A program made the position numbers and the translations under genes. Below the pieces are notes generated by a model, which had not been told where the DNA came from, did not search any database, and was given only the letters and a program-made list of their open reading frames with translations. A stretch of 64,000 nucleotides of DNA from Pirellulales bacterium (lineage in GTDB: Bacteria > Planctomycetota > Planctomycetia > Pirellulales > PALSA-1355), in assembly GCA_963733035.1 (NCBI GenBank), contig CAVTBU010000005.1, positions 160,001 through 224,000 of the forward strand, given 5' to 3'. The first letter of the stretch is position 1. Every line of letters begins with the position of its first letter. Below, piece after piece: positions 18,532 through 31,386 of the stretch.

Positions 18532-21154
18532 CTAATCGACGTACAAGAATTCATTGGAGATCAATAGTGCGTGACAGAGTTGAGATAGCGCCGTCTGTTC
18601 CGGCGGCGCCGCCTTGTCGTCGACGGACTCCGCAGCCGCTTGTTCTTTAAGCGCGGTAGCCTGTTCGCTCATGAATGCAACTCCCGATTCGACCTCCGCC
18701 TCGGTGGCCGGCCGCGAGTATGCCAGCAGCCACGCCCGCCGAAATTGCATCGCAGGATCATCTCCCGCTTCGTCGCGAATCCGCGCGGCCATGGCTTCGG
18801 CCTGCGTCACGACCAGATTGCTGTTCATCATCAACAACGACTGCGGGGCAACGGTGGACGAGGAGCGCTGCTCGCAGTTGGGTGTCATGACCGGTAGATC
18901 GAAGGGCTCGAGCATCCCTAGTGGCATCGAGCGCCGCGCTTGCACGTAAATGCTGCGTCGAAATTCTTCCTCGCCAAGCGGTACGACTTTGCCCGAGGGA
19001 CGCCCGGCCGAATCGCGCGTGTCGACACCGACCACAACCTGCCCCACGTCGTCCGGCATGACCGGCACCGGCGGCCCATACATTTTGGCCGACAGCCGCC
19101 CGCTGGTGGCCAATAGCCAATCGCGAATCGTTTCGGCCTCGAGCCGCCGCACGCTCATGCGGCCCAGCAGCCGGTTCTCGGGGTCGATCGCGTCCAGTTC
19201 AGCGCACCGTGCCGACGATTGCCGATAGGCCCTGGACGTAACAAGCATTCGCTGCAGCGGCTTCAACTTCCAGCCGCCGCGCATGAATTCATCCGCCAGC
19301 CAGTCGAGCAACGGCGGATGCGACGGCAGCTCGCCCTGCGCACCAAAGTCGGCGGGGGTTGCCACGATGCCGCGGCCAAATACGTGCAGCCAAAAACGAT
19401 TTACCAACACGCGAGCCACCAACGGATGCGTTCCGTCGGTTAGGTGTCGCGCATATGCCAGGCGGCGACCACTGGTCGAACGGTTGGGATCGTCCTCGGG
19501 AATTCTCCAGTCGTCGTCGTTCAAGATGGCCAATTCGCCCGGCGCCACTTCCTGGCGTGGACTGTTGAAGTCGCCCCGCGAAAACAGAAACGTCGGCGGA
19601 ATTTTACCGGGCACCTCGGTCAGGCACCGCACCAGGTCCTCTTCGGGCCGCTTGGATTTGGTGGCTTCCGTAAGTTCATCCCATTTCTTATTGAAGCCCC
19701 GCAAACGATCGGGCAAGTAGAGATAGACCGATCCGCGATCTACGTTCAAAAACGGATACTCTTTGATCAACTGCTTCTGTTTGTCAGTACGCTCCTTTTC
19801 CGGCGTCTCGCGTGCCGCCTTGGCCTGCGGCTGGATTTCCTCGGGCAGTTTCGCCAGCTCCTCATCAAATGTCTCCTGTACAAGCGAGTCCAGTTCCTCA
19901 TTGCGTCGCCGCGCAACTTCCTTTAGTTCCGTATCCACCGCGTCCGCCTTTGCTCGCACCTCATCCGACCATAGTGACACGAGCCGCGCGTCGGCATTTC
20001 GCCAACTCTTCCAATCGTATGCGGGTTCGAACAGGGCTCGAATGCGATGATAATCCTCGTGCGAAATCGGATCGTAGCGATGCGCATGACATTGCGCAGC
20101 CAACCGACAACCCCAATAGCGAAGTGGACACGATCTTGATCGTTTCAGCCATCACGTCGTTGCGGGCCACGTTCTGGTCGGCGGATCCGCCGGTACCGTC
20201 GGGTCCCATGCGCAGCATGCCGGTGGCGATCAGTTTGTCGGCATCTGCGGCGGATAGGTTTGCGTAAGGCGGTGACAACAATTCATCGCCGGCCAGTTGT
20301 TCGACCAGGAACTCGTCCCAGGATTTGTCAGAGTTAAACGCCCGAATCACATAGTCGCGGTATTTGTAGGCCCACTTTCGCTCACGGTCGAGTTCGTCGT
20401 AGCCGTTCGAGTCGGCGTAGCCGGCCACATCGAGCCAGTGGCGCACCCAACGTTCGCCATATGCCGGAGACGCCAGCAATCGATCAACCAACTGCTCATA
20501 GGCGTCGTCTGCCGGATCGTTGACGAACTGCTCGATCTGCTCAGGCGACGGAGGTAAACCGGTCAGATCGTAATACAACCGCCGAATCAGCGTCGCACGG
20601 TCGGCTTCCGGCGAAAAACTGAACCCTTGCTCTTCCAGGCGGGCCAGCAAAAACGCGTCGATCGGCGTCGCGATCAACTCGGACCTGTTCACTTGGGGCA
20701 GCGACGGACGCCGAATCGGTTGAAACGACCAATGCGATCGCTCCTCCGCGGTAAAGACATTCCCCGCGGCGAGCGTCTCCGGTTCTGGCCGACTGGTCGG
20801 CGCTCCGGCGTCGATCCATTTGGCCAGCGTAGCGACTTGCGCCTCGGGCAAGGGTTTGTCGCCGGGGGGCATTTCGCCCGCGCTGATCCGCTGGTAGAGG
20901 AGACTCGCGCCGTGGTCACCCGCCACAATCGCCGGGCCAGAGTCGCCTCCCTTGACTAGAAATCTGGCCAGGCGAGCGTCGAGCCCGCCTTCGAGTTCGG
21001 CATCCTCGCCGTGGCAATGCCAGCAATGTGCCTTGAGGATCGGCCGGACGTCGGCTTCAAACGAAAGGGAAGAAACCGATGCCGTCTCGCTATCGGCGGC
21101 GAGCAGCGGGACGGGCGCCGCCAACAACATCAAACACAACAGAATTCTGACCAT
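18532..21154 (-). CDS. Planctomycete cytochrome c / DUF1549 / DUF1553 (PSD1) protein; apparent frameshift near 20094
   Basis: CWHCH; YGERWVRHWLDVAGYADS; GC|AQCHAHRYDP split across ORFs 19961..21208 and 18532..20103; PSHPPLLDWLA; RRSIY; NEFLYVD. Confidence 0.9.
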
Positions 21155-21277
21155 GGCGAGACCGCGAGGCAGGAAGCGGGCAGGTGGGACAACGCGCCAT
21201 TGCAGCAAGGCTGATTGTAACCGTTCGAGCGGTTCCGCTCAACCTTTCGTTGGCGGGGCGGGCTATACCGCGCACGG

Positions 21278-21306
21278 TTGACGCTATGTCGCCGGCGGCC
21301 GAAAAT
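21278..21306 (+). promoter_or_regulatory. Candidate sigma70 promoter for the sterol-desaturase-family gene
   Basis: TTGACG, 17 nt, GAAAAT, about 50 nt upstream of ATG 21354. Confidence 0.35.
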
Positions 21307-21353
21307 CGAGGTTTGAGTCCGATCAACGCCCCTCCCGCTTCCACCGCACGATC

Positions 21354-22718
21354 ATGGGCACGTTCGTCGACAAACTGCTCGGTTCCGACATTAACTACAT
21401 TTCTCTCGCCGTTCCCTTTTTCTTTCTGTTGATCGGCGTCGAGTTTGTCGCCGGACTGATTCAAAACAAAAAACTCTACCGCTTCAATGACTCGATTAAC
21501 GATCTTAGCTGCGGAATCATCGACCAGACGATCGGCATCTTCCTCAAAGGCTTGCTGTTTGCCGGCTACCTGTTCCTGTTCGAGAACTTTCGGCTGTTCG
21601 ACATTGCCGCGGCGCCGGCAGCCGCGAAGTGGGTGGCCGCGGTTGCGTTGATGTTGGGCGTCGATTTCTGCTTCTATTGGTTTCACCGCATCGCTCACGA
21701 ATATGCCGCTCCCTGGGCCACGCACGTCGTGCACCACCAGAGCGAGGAATACAATCTCACGGTGGCGTTGCGGCAAAGCGCGCTCGAGGGCTGCTTCGCC
21801 TGGGTATTCTATCTGCCACTGGCGGTGATCGGCTTTCCGCCAGCCTGGTACGTGGCCATGTCGGCGTTGAACTTGCTCTATCAGTTTTGGATTCACACCG
21901 AAGCCATCGGCCGTCTGGGCCCGCTCGAATACGTGTTCAACACGCCGTCGCATCATCGGGTGCACCACGCACGCAATCCCAAGTACCTCGACCGGAACTA
22001 CGCCGGCATGTTCATCATCTGGGATCGCATGTTCGGCACGTTCCAACCGGAGGAAGAAGAACCGGTCTACGGACTCACCAAGCCACTACATAGTTGGAAT
22101 CCGCTGTGGGCCAACTTGCACGAATGGGCATCGCTCGCGCAAACGGCTTGGCACGCGCCGCGGTGGCGCGACAAAGTAAAGGTCTGGTTCATGCCGCTCG
22201 GCTGGACGCCTCCTGGTTTGCCCGAGGGACCACGCGCGCAAGAAGTGACTCGGGCGACCCTCCGCAAATACGACCCGCAGTTGCCACTTGGCTTGAACGT
22301 CTACGTGCTGTCGCATTTCGTGGTGACGCTCGTGCTATCCGTCCAGGTGCTTACGCTGTCCGACCAACACGAGCCGCTCACTTCGATCGTGCTGCCGGCC
22401 CTGTTTGTCCTGTGGTCATTGGCAAATCTGGGTGGAATCTTGGAACGCATGGCGTGGTCGCCTTGGGCAGAGTTGGCTCGATTGGCCACGCTCCCGTTTG
22501 CCGTGGCCCTGTTCGCAACCGATGACTGGTATGGCACTACCTTGGCCGCCAGCGCGGTGTTTTCCGCCGTCTCTGCGTATTGGTTGTGGAGTTTTCGTCG
22601 CGAGTTCAACCACAACGCCGCGGATGAAGCGAGCGATGCGCGTCCACTTGATACGATTTCGATGCCGCGGGCAAACGCGTCCGGCACTTACGCGCCCCCG
22701 GCGGGCGATCTACAATAA
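21354..22718 (+). CDS. Sterol desaturase/fatty acid hydroxylase superfamily protein, alkylglycerol monooxygenase-like
   Basis: Di-iron His boxes YWFHRIAH, HVVHHQSEEYNL, QFWIHTE, PSHHRVHH; DRNYAGMFIIWDRMFGTF; extra C-terminal TM region. Confidence 0.88.
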   Translation: MGTFVDKLLGSDINYISLAVPFFFLLIGVEFVAGLIQNKKLYRFNDSINDLSCGIIDQTIGIFLKGLLFAGYLFLFENFRLFDIAAAPAAAKWVAAVALMLGVDFCFYWFHRIAHEYAAPWATHVVHHQSEEYNLTVALRQSALEGCFAWVFYLPLAVIGFPPAWYVAMSALNLLYQFWIHTEAIGRLGPLEYVFNTPSHHRVHHARNPKYLDRNYAGMFIIWDRMFGTFQPEEEEPVYGLTKPLHSWNPLWANLHEWASLAQTAWHAPRWRDKVKVWFMPLGWTPPGLPEGPRAQEVTRATLRKYDPQLPLGLNVYVLSHFVVTLVLSVQVLTLSDQHEPLTSIVLPALFVLWSLANLGGILERMAWSPWAELARLATLPFAVALFATDDWYGTTLAASAVFSAVSAYWLWSFRREFNHNAADEASDARPLDTISMPRANASGTYAPPAGDLQ

Positions 22719-22798
22719 ATGCCATTATGGCTCCTGGGCCGACATTTCGCTGATGTCATGCCGCGGAGCCTTCACGCACTGCCGTGGGAAGCGCTGCA

Positions 22799-25285
22799 AT
22801 GAGTCGATCGGCAATCGCGTTTGCAACCAGTAGCTGGCTGTGGCTGGCTTCGCTTGTCGGCGCTGCCGCTGCCCCACCAGGCAGCATCGACTACTCGCGC
22901 GACGTCCGACCGATCCTCTCGGCCCACTGCTTTCAATGCCACGGTCCCGACGCCGATGCTCGCCAGGCTGGATTGCGGCTAGACGACGAGGCCGCGGCAA
23001 CCGGCGAGTTGCCCAGCGGTTCACGCGCCGTCGTACCTGGCAGTCCATCCGCGAGTGAACTTATCAAGCGAATCGCGACCGACGACGAAGACCTTGCCAT
23101 GCCGCCAGCCGACGCTGGTAAGCGTTTGACCGAACACGAGGTCGCGATCGTGCGCCAATGGATCGACGATGGCGCGGCCTACACGCGGCACTGGGCCTAT
23201 GTTGCCCCCGAACGTCCCGTTCTTCCCATTGTCTCGAAACCTGCCTGGGCAAGAAATCCAATCGACTCCTTCATCCTTGCGCGGCTCGACCGCGAGGGCC
23301 TGAGACCGGCCCCCGCAGCCGACCGGGCCACGCTGCTCCGGCGGGTGGCACTCGACCTGACAGGGTTGCCGCCTACGATTGCCGAGGTCGATCGGTTTGT
23401 CGCCGATCCGTCACACGATGCCTACGAACAGGCAGTCGACCGGCTGTTGGCAAAGCAATCGTACGGCGAGCGGTTCGCCGCCATGTGGCTCGACTTGGGG
23501 CGCTACGGCGACTCGCAAGGCTACATTCACGACCCGCCGCGGACGATCTGGCGATGGCGCGACTGGCTGATCGAAGCCTTGAATGCCAACTTGCCGTTCG
23601 ATCAGTTCACGGTCGAGATGCTCGCAGGCGACCTGCTTCCCGAACCCACCACGGACCAGCTCATCGCCACCGGCTTCCACCGCAACACGACCAACAACAC
23701 CGAGGGGGGCGCAAATCCGGAGGAATACCGTCATGCTTCGGTCGTCGACCGAGTGAACACGACCATGCAAGTCTGGATGGGCACCACGATCGGTTGTGCC
23801 CAGTGTCACACGCATAAGTACGATCCCATCACGCAGCGTGAGTACTACCAGGTGTTTGCCATCTTCAACGGCACTCGCGATAACAACAGTGAAGACCCGA
23901 CGCGCGAAGTCCCCCGCGTCGGCGACGACGACCGTTTTGCCGTCACCAGCGAGACACTCAAGAGAGCCCGCGGCGAATTGTACGCCGAGACAAAGCGAGC
24001 TGACGAGACGCTACCCGACTGGTTGAATTCGGTTGATCCCACGTCGCTGCCAAAGGAAATCGCCGAGATCGTCGCGATGCCTGCCGACGATCGGAACATG
24101 GAACAACGAGAAATGCTCGCGGCGCATCATCGATCGCTCAGCGACTCCTGGAAAGCCGCGCAGGAAGTGGCCGACAGGTACAAGGCCGACCTGAGCACGG
24201 TCTCGACGACAACGCTGATCATGAGCGAAGGACCGGCCCGCGAAACGCACGTGGCAATTCGCGGCAACTACCGCAATCATGGTGACGCGGTGAAGCCCGG
24301 CGTACCGGCGGCCTTTCATCCGCTTCTGCACGCGGGCAATTGCGACCGCCTGAGCTTCGCCCGCTGGCTGGTCGATCCGGCCAACCCGCTAACGGCACGC
24401 GTGGCTGTCAACCGCTTGTGGCAGGAAATATTCGGCATTGGTATCGTGGAGACCGCTGAGGACTTCGGCAACCAGGGTGAGCCGCCGACACATCCCGAGT
24501 TGCTCGATTGGCTCGCGATGGAATACATCCGGCTGGATTGGGATACCAAGGCGCTCCTGCGCCTCATGGTCACTTCCGCGGCCTATCGACAAGCGTCTCA
24601 AACGACACCGGAGTTGGCCGCCCGCGACCCGCTCAATCGCCTGTTGGCTCGCGGGCCACGCGTGCGTCTGACAGCCGAGGCGGTGCGCGATCAAGCACTT
24701 GCGGTCGCCGGTTTATTGACTCCCAAGCTGTATGGTCCGCCGGTCCATCCGCCGCAACCGACGAGTGGCCTGTCTGCGGCGTTTGGCACGAGCACGGATT
24801 GGAACACCAGTGACGGCGAGGACCGCTACCGGCGAGCTTTGTATACCCGTTGGCGTCGCAACCTGCCCTACGCGTCGATGATTGCCTTTGATGCCCCGGA
24901 GCGAAGCGTATGCAGCACTCGCCGCATTCGTAGCAACACGCCACTCCAGGCGCTTGTGACGCTGAACGACGCGGTTTTTGTTGAAGCCGCGCAAGCCTTG
25001 GCTCGCCGCGCGATTCAAGAGTCCGGTGGCGATGTGTCGGCCCGCGCGGAATACGCGTTTCGTAGCGTGCTGTTGCGGCGTCCCGAGCCTGCGGAACTCT
25101 CGCGGCTTGTCGCTCTCTTTGAGCAAGCCCGGTCGAGCCTCGCGAGCGCCCCAGACGAGGCCCTCGCGCTTGCGACGAAGCCACTGGGAGCATTGCCAGC
25201 GGGAATCGATCCGGCGGACGCCGCCGCCTGGACCGTCGTTGCCAATGTGCTTTTAAACCTCGATGAAACGCTTGCGAAACCCTGA
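22799..25285 (+). CDS. Planctomycete cytochrome c / DUF1549 / DUF1553 (PSD1) protein
   Basis: [72 protein letters not shown]. Confidence 0.92.
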   Translation: MSRSAIAFATSSWLWLASLVGAAAAPPGSIDYSRDVRPILSAHCFQCHGPDADARQAGLRLDDEAAATGELPSGSRAVVPGSPSASELIKRIATDDEDLAMPPADAGKRLTEHEVAIVRQWIDDGAAYTRHWAYVAPERPVLPIVSKPAWARNPIDSFILARLDREGLRPAPAADRATLLRRVALDLTGLPPTIAEVDRFVADPSHDAYEQAVDRLLAKQSYGERFAAMWLDLGRYGDSQGYIHDPPRTIWRWRDWLIEALNANLPFDQFTVEMLAGDLLPEPTTDQLIATGFHRNTTNNTEGGANPEEYRHASVVDRVNTTMQVWMGTTIGCAQCHTHKYDPITQREYYQVFAIFNGTRDNNSEDPTREVPRVGDDDRFAVTSETLKRARGELYAETKRADETLPDWLNSVDPTSLPKEIAEIVAMPADDRNMEQREMLAAHHRSLSDSWKAAQEVADRYKADLSTVSTTTLIMSEGPARETHVAIRGNYRNHGDAVKPGVPAAFHPLLHAGNCDRLSFARWLVDPANPLTARVAVNRLWQEIFGIGIVETAEDFGNQGEPPTHPELLDWLAMEYIRLDWDTKALLRLMVTSAAYRQASQTTPELAARDPLNRLLARGPRVRLTAEAVRDQALAVAGLLTPKLYGPPVHPPQPTSGLSAAFGTSTDWNTSDGEDRYRRALYTRWRRNLPYASMIAFDAPERSVCSTRRIRSNTPLQALVTLNDAVFVEAAQALARRAIQESGGDVSARAEYAFRSVLLRRPEPAELSRLVALFEQARSSLASAPDEALALATKPLGALPAGIDPADAAAWTVVANVLLNLDETLAKP

Positions 25286-25303
25286 CCGCCGTCCAAGGCG
25301 CTG

Positions 25304-26770
25304 ATGCAAATGCTACGGCCCACCCACCACGAACTTGTCGCCGCACAAACTCGGCGACATTTCCTGCGCGATGGCTCGCTCGGCCTGGGTGCGCTGGCAT
25401 TGAGCGGGCTGCTCGGACGCGATGCAAACGCCGCTGTTACGAGCGAGACCGATCCGTTTGCCCCCAAGGCACCACACTTTCCGGCGAAGGTCAAGAACGT
25501 CATCTTCCTCAGCATGTCGGGCGGACCGCCACACCTCGATCTGTTCGACTTCAAACCGGAGCTTGTGAAGCGTAGTGGCGAGGATTGCCCTGCCTCGCTC
25601 ATGGAAGGCAAACCGTTCGCGTTCACCGGTCCCTCGGCCAAACTACTGGGTACGCCGCAAAAATTCGCCAGGCACGGGCAATGCGGCGCGTGGTTTTCCG
25701 CGGCACTGCCGAATCTCGCGGCATTGGCCGACGAGTTGACTTTCATCAAGTCATTCACCACCGATCAGTTCAATCACGGGCCGGCGGAGCTGTTGCTCTA
25801 TACGGGTATTCCCCGCACGGCCGGACGACCATCGTTCGGTTCGTGGACGACCTACGGACTGGGCTCCGAGAGTCGCGACTTGCCGAGCTTCATCGTGTTC
25901 GTCTCTGGCGGCTCGTTGCCCAGCGTGGGCAAGGCGGGCTGGGGCGCCGGTTTTCTCCCCTCGGTCTACCAAGGCGTGCAGTGCCGTACAGGCGGCGATC
26001 CGGTGTTGTACTTGTCGAACCCCGAGGGCATGAGCCGCCAGCTGCGTCGCGTGGGGCTCGATGCGCTGCGCGATCTGAACGAAATCGAGGCCGCGAAGCT
26101 CGGCGACCCTGAAACACGGACACGCATCGCGCAATACGAGTTGGCGTTCCGCATGCAGACCATCGTCCCCGAGGTGATGGACATTTCCACCGAACCGGCC
26201 GCCGTGCTCGAAGATTACGGGGCCGCACCCGGCGCGGGTTCATTTGCCAATAACTGCCTGCTTGCTCGTCGACTGGTCGCAAAGGGCGTGCGGTTTGTCC
26301 AGCTTTATGATTGGGGCTGGGATTTCCACGGCACGAACCCCAAGGAAGACTTACGCGAAAATCTGATCGAACGTTGTGCGCTAATGGACCGACCGGTGGC
26401 GGCGCTGATCCGCGACCTCAAGCGCCAGGGGCTGCTGGACTCGACACTTGTCATCTGGATGGGTGAGTTCGGACGCACACCGTTTCGCGAGGGGCGGACG
26501 GCGGACGGCCAGTATATCGGCCGCGATCATCATCCGTTCTCCAACACCATGTTCATGGCCGGCGGCGGACTCAAGCCGGGCACAACTTTCGGCGAAACCG
26601 ACGAATTGGGCTTCTTTGTCACCGAGAACCCCGTCGTTCCTCATGACATTCAGGCCACTATCCTGCATCTGCTCGGGCTCGATCACACCAAGCTGACCTA
26701 TCACTTCCAAGGTCGCGACTATCGCCTGACCGACGTCAGCGGACGCGTGGTTCACGAAATCTTAATTTAA
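25304..26770 (+). CDS. DUF1501 domain protein (Tat-exported)
   Basis: TRRHFL; MSGGPPHLDLFDFKP; ARRLVAKGVRFVQLY; WDFH; GEFGRTP; GRDHHP. Confidence 0.92.
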   Translation: MQMLRPTHHELVAAQTRRHFLRDGSLGLGALALSGLLGRDANAAVTSETDPFAPKAPHFPAKVKNVIFLSMSGGPPHLDLFDFKPELVKRSGEDCPASLMEGKPFAFTGPSAKLLGTPQKFARHGQCGAWFSAALPNLAALADELTFIKSFTTDQFNHGPAELLLYTGIPRTAGRPSFGSWTTYGLGSESRDLPSFIVFVSGGSLPSVGKAGWGAGFLPSVYQGVQCRTGGDPVLYLSNPEGMSRQLRRVGLDALRDLNEIEAAKLGDPETRTRIAQYELAFRMQTIVPEVMDISTEPAAVLEDYGAAPGAGSFANNCLLARRLVAKGVRFVQLYDWGWDFHGTNPKEDLRENLIERCALMDRPVAALIRDLKRQGLLDSTLVIWMGEFGRTPFREGRTADGQYIGRDHHPFSNTMFMAGGGLKPGTTFGETDELGFFVTENPVVPHDIQATILHLLGLDHTKLTYHFQGRDYRLTDVSGRVVHEILI

Positions 26771-26939
26771 TCGTGATCGTACCACTCGCCGGGTTTTACT
26801 CTTTGGGGTGCGCAGCACTTTCCCCGGTTGCTACAATCCACTGCGTAGCCAAGCATTGACGGTCGACGGAGCGAACCACCACGTATTTTTCGGCGCGACG
26901 TTGTCGGCGAGTCTCTCGCCCGGCAGCGGCAGGATTGCC

Positions 26940-28136
26940 ATGGAACCGCGCGCGTTCAATTTGCTCACGCTCAACACAGGCTCCTCGAGCCTGAAGGGGG
27001 CGGTCTATCTTGGCGGCTCGCAGCCCGAGCGGGTCCTCTCCGCCGACGCCATTGGAATCGGCCAAGGGGCGGGGCGTATTAGAGTCGTCGATGTTCGCGG
27101 CAACGTGCTCTTGGAGCGCAACGATCCGCTGCCCGACCATCCCGCCGCGCTAGAGCTCTTAGTTGCCTGGCTGCGCGAGAACGGACGGCTGGACGCCATT
27201 GCCGGCGTGGGCCATCGCGTGGTGCATGGCGGCCTCAAGTACCAACAGCCTGTAAGAATCGACGCCGCGGTGTTGGCCAATCTCAAGGCCCTCGTGCCGT
27301 TGGCGCCCGATCACTTGCCACAGTCCATCGCGGCGATCGAAACCCTTGCCAAAAGCTTACCCAAAACTCCCCAAGTTGCATGCTTCGACACCGCGTTTCA
27401 CCGCACGCTACCACCACGCGCCCGCACGCTCCCGCTGTCTCGTAGCCTGGACGAGCAGGGCGTGGTACGGTTCGGATTTCACGGCCTCTCCTACGAGTAC
27501 CTGGTCGAACAACTACAAAGCCTCGATCCGGTCCATTGCGGTGGCCGGGCGATCCTGGCGCACCTGGGCAATGGCGCAAGCATGGCGGCCGTGCGGCGCG
27601 GCCAAAGCGTTGACACCAGCATGGGCTTCACCCCAGCCGGCGGACTGGTAATGAGCGCGCGCACCGGCGATCTGGATCCCGGCGTGCTTGTGTATTTACT
27701 CAAAACAAAAAGCTATACCGACGAGCAACTGAACGCATTGGTCAATCGCGACTCAGGGCTGATGGGAATCTCGGGATTGAGCTCTAGCATGCAAGAGCTG
27801 CTCGCCGCGCGGGAGACGCACGAGCGGGCCGCGCTGGCCGTCGACATCTTTTGTTATCAGGCGCAAAAGTTTCTAGGCGCCTATGCCGCGGCGCTGGGGG
27901 GCCTCGATACGGTTGTTTTTGCGGGCGGCATTGGCGAAAACTCCGCCACGATCCGGCAACAGATTTGCACTGAGCTAGAGTTCTTGGGGATCCGCCTGGA
28001 TTCTTCCCGAAACCAGGCCCACGCGGAGGTGATCTCCGCGGCGGACAGCGGCGTCACCGTGCGTGTGATCAAGACGGATGAAGACCTGATGATTGCCCGC
28101 CACACGAACCGACTTTTGGCCCAACAGGAGGAATGA
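26940..28136 (+). CDS. ackA: Acetate/propionate kinase
   Basis: [54 protein letters not shown]. Confidence 0.93.
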   Translation: MEPRAFNLLTLNTGSSSLKGAVYLGGSQPERVLSADAIGIGQGAGRIRVVDVRGNVLLERNDPLPDHPAALELLVAWLRENGRLDAIAGVGHRVVHGGLKYQQPVRIDAAVLANLKALVPLAPDHLPQSIAAIETLAKSLPKTPQVACFDTAFHRTLPPRARTLPLSRSLDEQGVVRFGFHGLSYEYLVEQLQSLDPVHCGGRAILAHLGNGASMAAVRRGQSVDTSMGFTPAGGLVMSARTGDLDPGVLVYLLKTKSYTDEQLNALVNRDSGLMGISGLSSSMQELLAARETHERAALAVDIFCYQAQKFLGAYAAALGGLDTVVFAGGIGENSATIRQQICTELEFLGIRLDSSRNQAHAEVISAADSGVTVRVIKTDEDLMIARHTNRLLAQQEE

Positions 28137-30613
28137 TCATGTCGTCCACGCAAGCATCCACGCCGGTCGGGGCCAAGTCGCAGAAGACATCGGCCGAGCA
28201 ACCACTGTCGGCTGAACTGCTCGACAAGATGCACCGCTACTGGTGCGCCGCCAACTACCTGACAGTGGCACAGATCTATCTCTGCGAAAATCCTCTGCTC
28301 CGCGAGCCGCTTTCGGTCGACCACATCAAGCCGCGCCTGCTGGGTCACTGGGGCACTTCACCCGGCCTGAATTTCCTGTATGTGCACCTCAACCGTCTGA
28401 TTAAACAACACAATCTGAACGCTATTTTTGTCACCGGCCCGGGCCACGGCGGCCCAGCGCTGAACGCGTCAACGTACTTGGAAGGTTCCTACAGCGAGGT
28501 ACATACAGAAATTACGCAAGACGACGGAGGATTGCGGCTGTTGTGCCGCCAATTCTCCACGCCTGGCGGAGTACCCAGCCACGCCGGCCCGCACGTTCCG
28601 GGGTCGATCAACGAAGGTGGTGAATTGGGCTACTCCTTGCTGCATGCCTATGGGGCCGCGTTCGACAACCCCGACTTGCTGGTGGCCTGCGTCGTCGGCG
28701 ATGGCGAGGCGGAAACCGGCCCTCTCGCCGGAAGCTGGAAGAGCAACAAGTTCCTCAACCCCGTTCGCGACGGCGCGGTGCTTCCGATCCTGCATCTGAA
28801 CGGCTACAAGATTTCCGGGCCCACGGTCCTCGCCCGCATCCCCCAGGAAGAACTCCTGGAGTTGATGCGCGGCCACGGATACGAGCCCCACGTGGTGGAA
28901 GGCGATGAGCCGCTCGACATGCACCAGCGGTTTGCCGCCACGCTCGACCGCTGTTATGCCCGGATCCGGGCCATCCAGGATGCGGCGCGCCAAAAGGGCT
29001 TCACCCGCCGCGAAGCATGGCCGATGATCATCTTCCGCACGCCCAAGGGCTGGACCGGACCAAAAGTGGTCGACGGCATCCCAGTCGAAGGAACCTTTCG
29101 CGCCCACCAGGTTCCGCTGGCCAACGTGCGCAACAATCCCGAGCATCTCAAAATGCTCGAACAGTGGATGCTCAGCTACAAACCGCAGCAGCTGTTCGAC
29201 AAGCGCGGCCGGCTGATTCCGGAGTTGGCCGATCTGCCGCCGCAAGGCGACCGAAGAATGAGCGCCAACCCACATGCCAACGGCGGCCGCGAAATTGTGG
29301 AGTTGGACCTTCCCGACTTCAATCACTACGCGCTCGAGATTCCGGGTCCTGGCCAGGTGACCGCCGAAGCACCACGCAAGCTGGGTGAATTCCTCCGCGA
29401 CACGTTTCGCCTGAATCCAGACAATTTCCGATTATTCTGTCCGGATGAAACAAATTCCAATCGCCTGAACGCCGTTTTCGACGCCACCAATCGCTGCAGC
29501 ACCGCCTCGCGCATCCCAATCGACGATCACGTATCACCCGACGGGCGAGTGATGGAAGTACTCAGCGAACATTGCTGCGAGGGCTGGCACGAGGGTTATG
29601 TCCTGACCGGCCGGCATGGCGTGTTCCCCACTTACGAAGCGTTTGCTCAAGTTGTCGACTCGATGCTTACGCAACACGCCAAATGGCTCAAGGAATGCAA
29701 GGAACAAGCCTGGCGGCGCCCGATTCCGTCGATCAATTACCTGCTCACCAGCCATGCTTGGCGCAACGATCACAACGGCTTTAGCCATCAAGCGCCTGGC
29801 TTCATCGATAACGCCCTGGTGAAGAAGAGCACCATCGTGCGCACCTATTTTCCACCGGACGGCAATTGTCTGATGAGCACTGTCGACCACTGCCTGCGCA
29901 GCCGCAACTACGTGAATCTGATGGTCTGCGGCAAACAACCGCAGCTCCAATGGTTAACGATGGAAGAAGCTCGACGCCATTGCTCCCAGGGTGCTGCCAA
30001 GTGGGACTTCTGCAGCAATGACGGCGACCAGGAGCCCGACGTGGTACTGGCGTGCTGCGGAGACGTACCGACGATTGAAGTGGTTGCAACCGCCTGGCTC
30101 CTGCAAAAGTACGTGCCCGACATCCGCGTGCGGGTCGTTAACATCGTCGACCTGGGAGTCGTCATGCATCCCGACTCGCACCCGCACGGCATGGACAATC
30201 TGTCCTTTGAAGATTTGTTCACCACCGCCGCACCCGTGATCTTTGCCTTCCACGGCTATCGCTGGGTCATCCATAGCGTCGTGCACGGCCGGTCGAACGA
30301 AGCCCGTTTTCATGTCCGCGGCTACATGGAAGAAGGGACGACGACCACGCCCTTCGATATGGTCGTGCAGAATAAGATGAGCCGATTCCAATTGGTGATC
30401 GACGCGCTGAAGTACGTGCCCAGGCTTCGTTCACAAGCCGGCCCCGTGATCGACCTGTTCGAGCGCAAGCTCTTCGAACATCACACCTATGTTCGTGAGA
30501 ATCTGGTCGACCTGCCCGAGATCGTAAATTGGCGCTGGACTGACGACTTCAGCGAAGCCAACGAGCCGCCACCGACGGCCCGGCAAGAAAAAGCAACCTT
30601 CACCGACGCGTGA
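28133..30613 (+). CDS. xfp: Xylulose-5-phosphate/fructose-6-phosphate phosphoketolase
   Basis: [23 protein letters not shown] motif GDGEAETG...[36 protein letters not shown]; overlaps the ackA stop (ATGA). Confidence 0.96.
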   Translation: MIMSSTQASTPVGAKSQKTSAEQPLSAELLDKMHRYWCAANYLTVAQIYLCENPLLREPLSVDHIKPRLLGHWGTSPGLNFLYVHLNRLIKQHNLNAIFVTGPGHGGPALNASTYLEGSYSEVHTEITQDDGGLRLLCRQFSTPGGVPSHAGPHVPGSINEGGELGYSLLHAYGAAFDNPDLLVACVVGDGEAETGPLAGSWKSNKFLNPVRDGAVLPILHLNGYKISGPTVLARIPQEELLELMRGHGYEPHVVEGDEPLDMHQRFAATLDRCYARIRAIQDAARQKGFTRREAWPMIIFRTPKGWTGPKVVDGIPVEGTFRAHQVPLANVRNNPEHLKMLEQWMLSYKPQQLFDKRGRLIPELADLPPQGDRRMSANPHANGGREIVELDLPDFNHYALEIPGPGQVTAEAPRKLGEFLRDTFRLNPDNFRLFCPDETNSNRLNAVFDATNRCSTASRIPIDDHVSPDGRVMEVLSEHCCEGWHEGYVLTGRHGVFPTYEAFAQVVDSMLTQHAKWLKECKEQAWRRPIPSINYLLTSHAWRNDHNGFSHQAPGFIDNALVKKSTIVRTYFPPDGNCLMSTVDHCLRSRNYVNLMVCGKQPQLQWLTMEEARRHCSQGAAKWDFCSNDGDQEPDVVLACCGDVPTIEVVATAWLLQKYVPDIRVRVVNIVDLGVVMHPDSHPHGMDNLSFEDLFTTAAPVIFAFHGYRWVIHSVVHGRSNEARFHVRGYMEEGTTTTPFDMVVQNKMSRFQLVIDALKYVPRLRSQAGPVIDLFERKLFEHHTYVRENLVDLPEIVNWRWTDDFSEANEPPPTARQEKATFTDA

Positions 30614-30714
30614 CGCGAGCGATGCACTGACTATCCTGACCGTTTCTGCCGGGAACGAACCTCGGCGATTGCACCGGCCGCTGCCCGGCTTCCGACCGCG
30701 AAATCGCGGGCGGA

Positions 30715-31214
30715 CTATTCGTCGCCGTGAGCGGCATCTTTTAGCGACGTCAGGCAAGCCAGCACCGCCTCGCGCCGTGGGCCAGGAATCCGCTTGAGAA
30801 TCTGCATGATGCGTTCGATCCGCCGGTCTTCGCGGATTTGCATCAGCTCGCGAGCCCGCTCGGTGAGCTCCAGATTTCGCACCCGCCGGTCGTCTCCCAG
30901 CGGGCCGCGTGTTACCATGCCAGACGCTTCGAGCCGATCGGCAAGTTGCGTCACGGCACTCTGAGAAACCCCCAGCTCGAGGCTGAGCTCCTTCATGCTT
31001 CGCGCGCCTTCGAACAGCGCAGCGCAGACGCGAAGTTGTCGGAGCGGGAATTCTGATGCCGGATCATCGTCGATGAACATACGGCGCCCAGCGCCTTGAA
31101 TATGACGTCCAAGTCTCGCGCCTGCTGACGAATGGCAGGTGGCGCGGCCGAATGGCCATCCGAATTCGGATGGCCGACACCATCGGCGCGGCGCGGAGAG
31201 GCAATTTGATTCAT
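30715..31214 (-). CDS. MarR family transcriptional regulator; apparent 1-nt frameshift near 31088
   Basis: SMKELSLELGVSQSAVTQLADRLEASGMVTR...DDRRVRNLELT; N-terminus is in ORF 30993..31214 and joins if one G is added at CTGGGCGCC. Confidence 0.85.
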
Positions 31215-31249
31215 GTCGCTATGCTATTAATCTGAATTAACTGAATCAA
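31215..31249 (-). promoter_or_regulatory. Leaderless-type marR promoter with an AT-rich palindrome in the spacer
   Basis: Minus strand: TTGATT, 17 nt, TAGCAT, 6 nt, ATG; spacer contains TTAAT-TCAG-ATTAA. Confidence 0.6.
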
Positions 31250-31386
31250 GGAAACGAATGTCCGCCCGGACTCAAACGTTGTTAAGCGGAGAAGACCTCG
31301 CTGCCAGCTTGGAACTCGGACATGCGTACGGGAAGATTCACCTGCCACATTTGCAAAACGGAGACAGCCTTGAGCGACCTGTTCCC

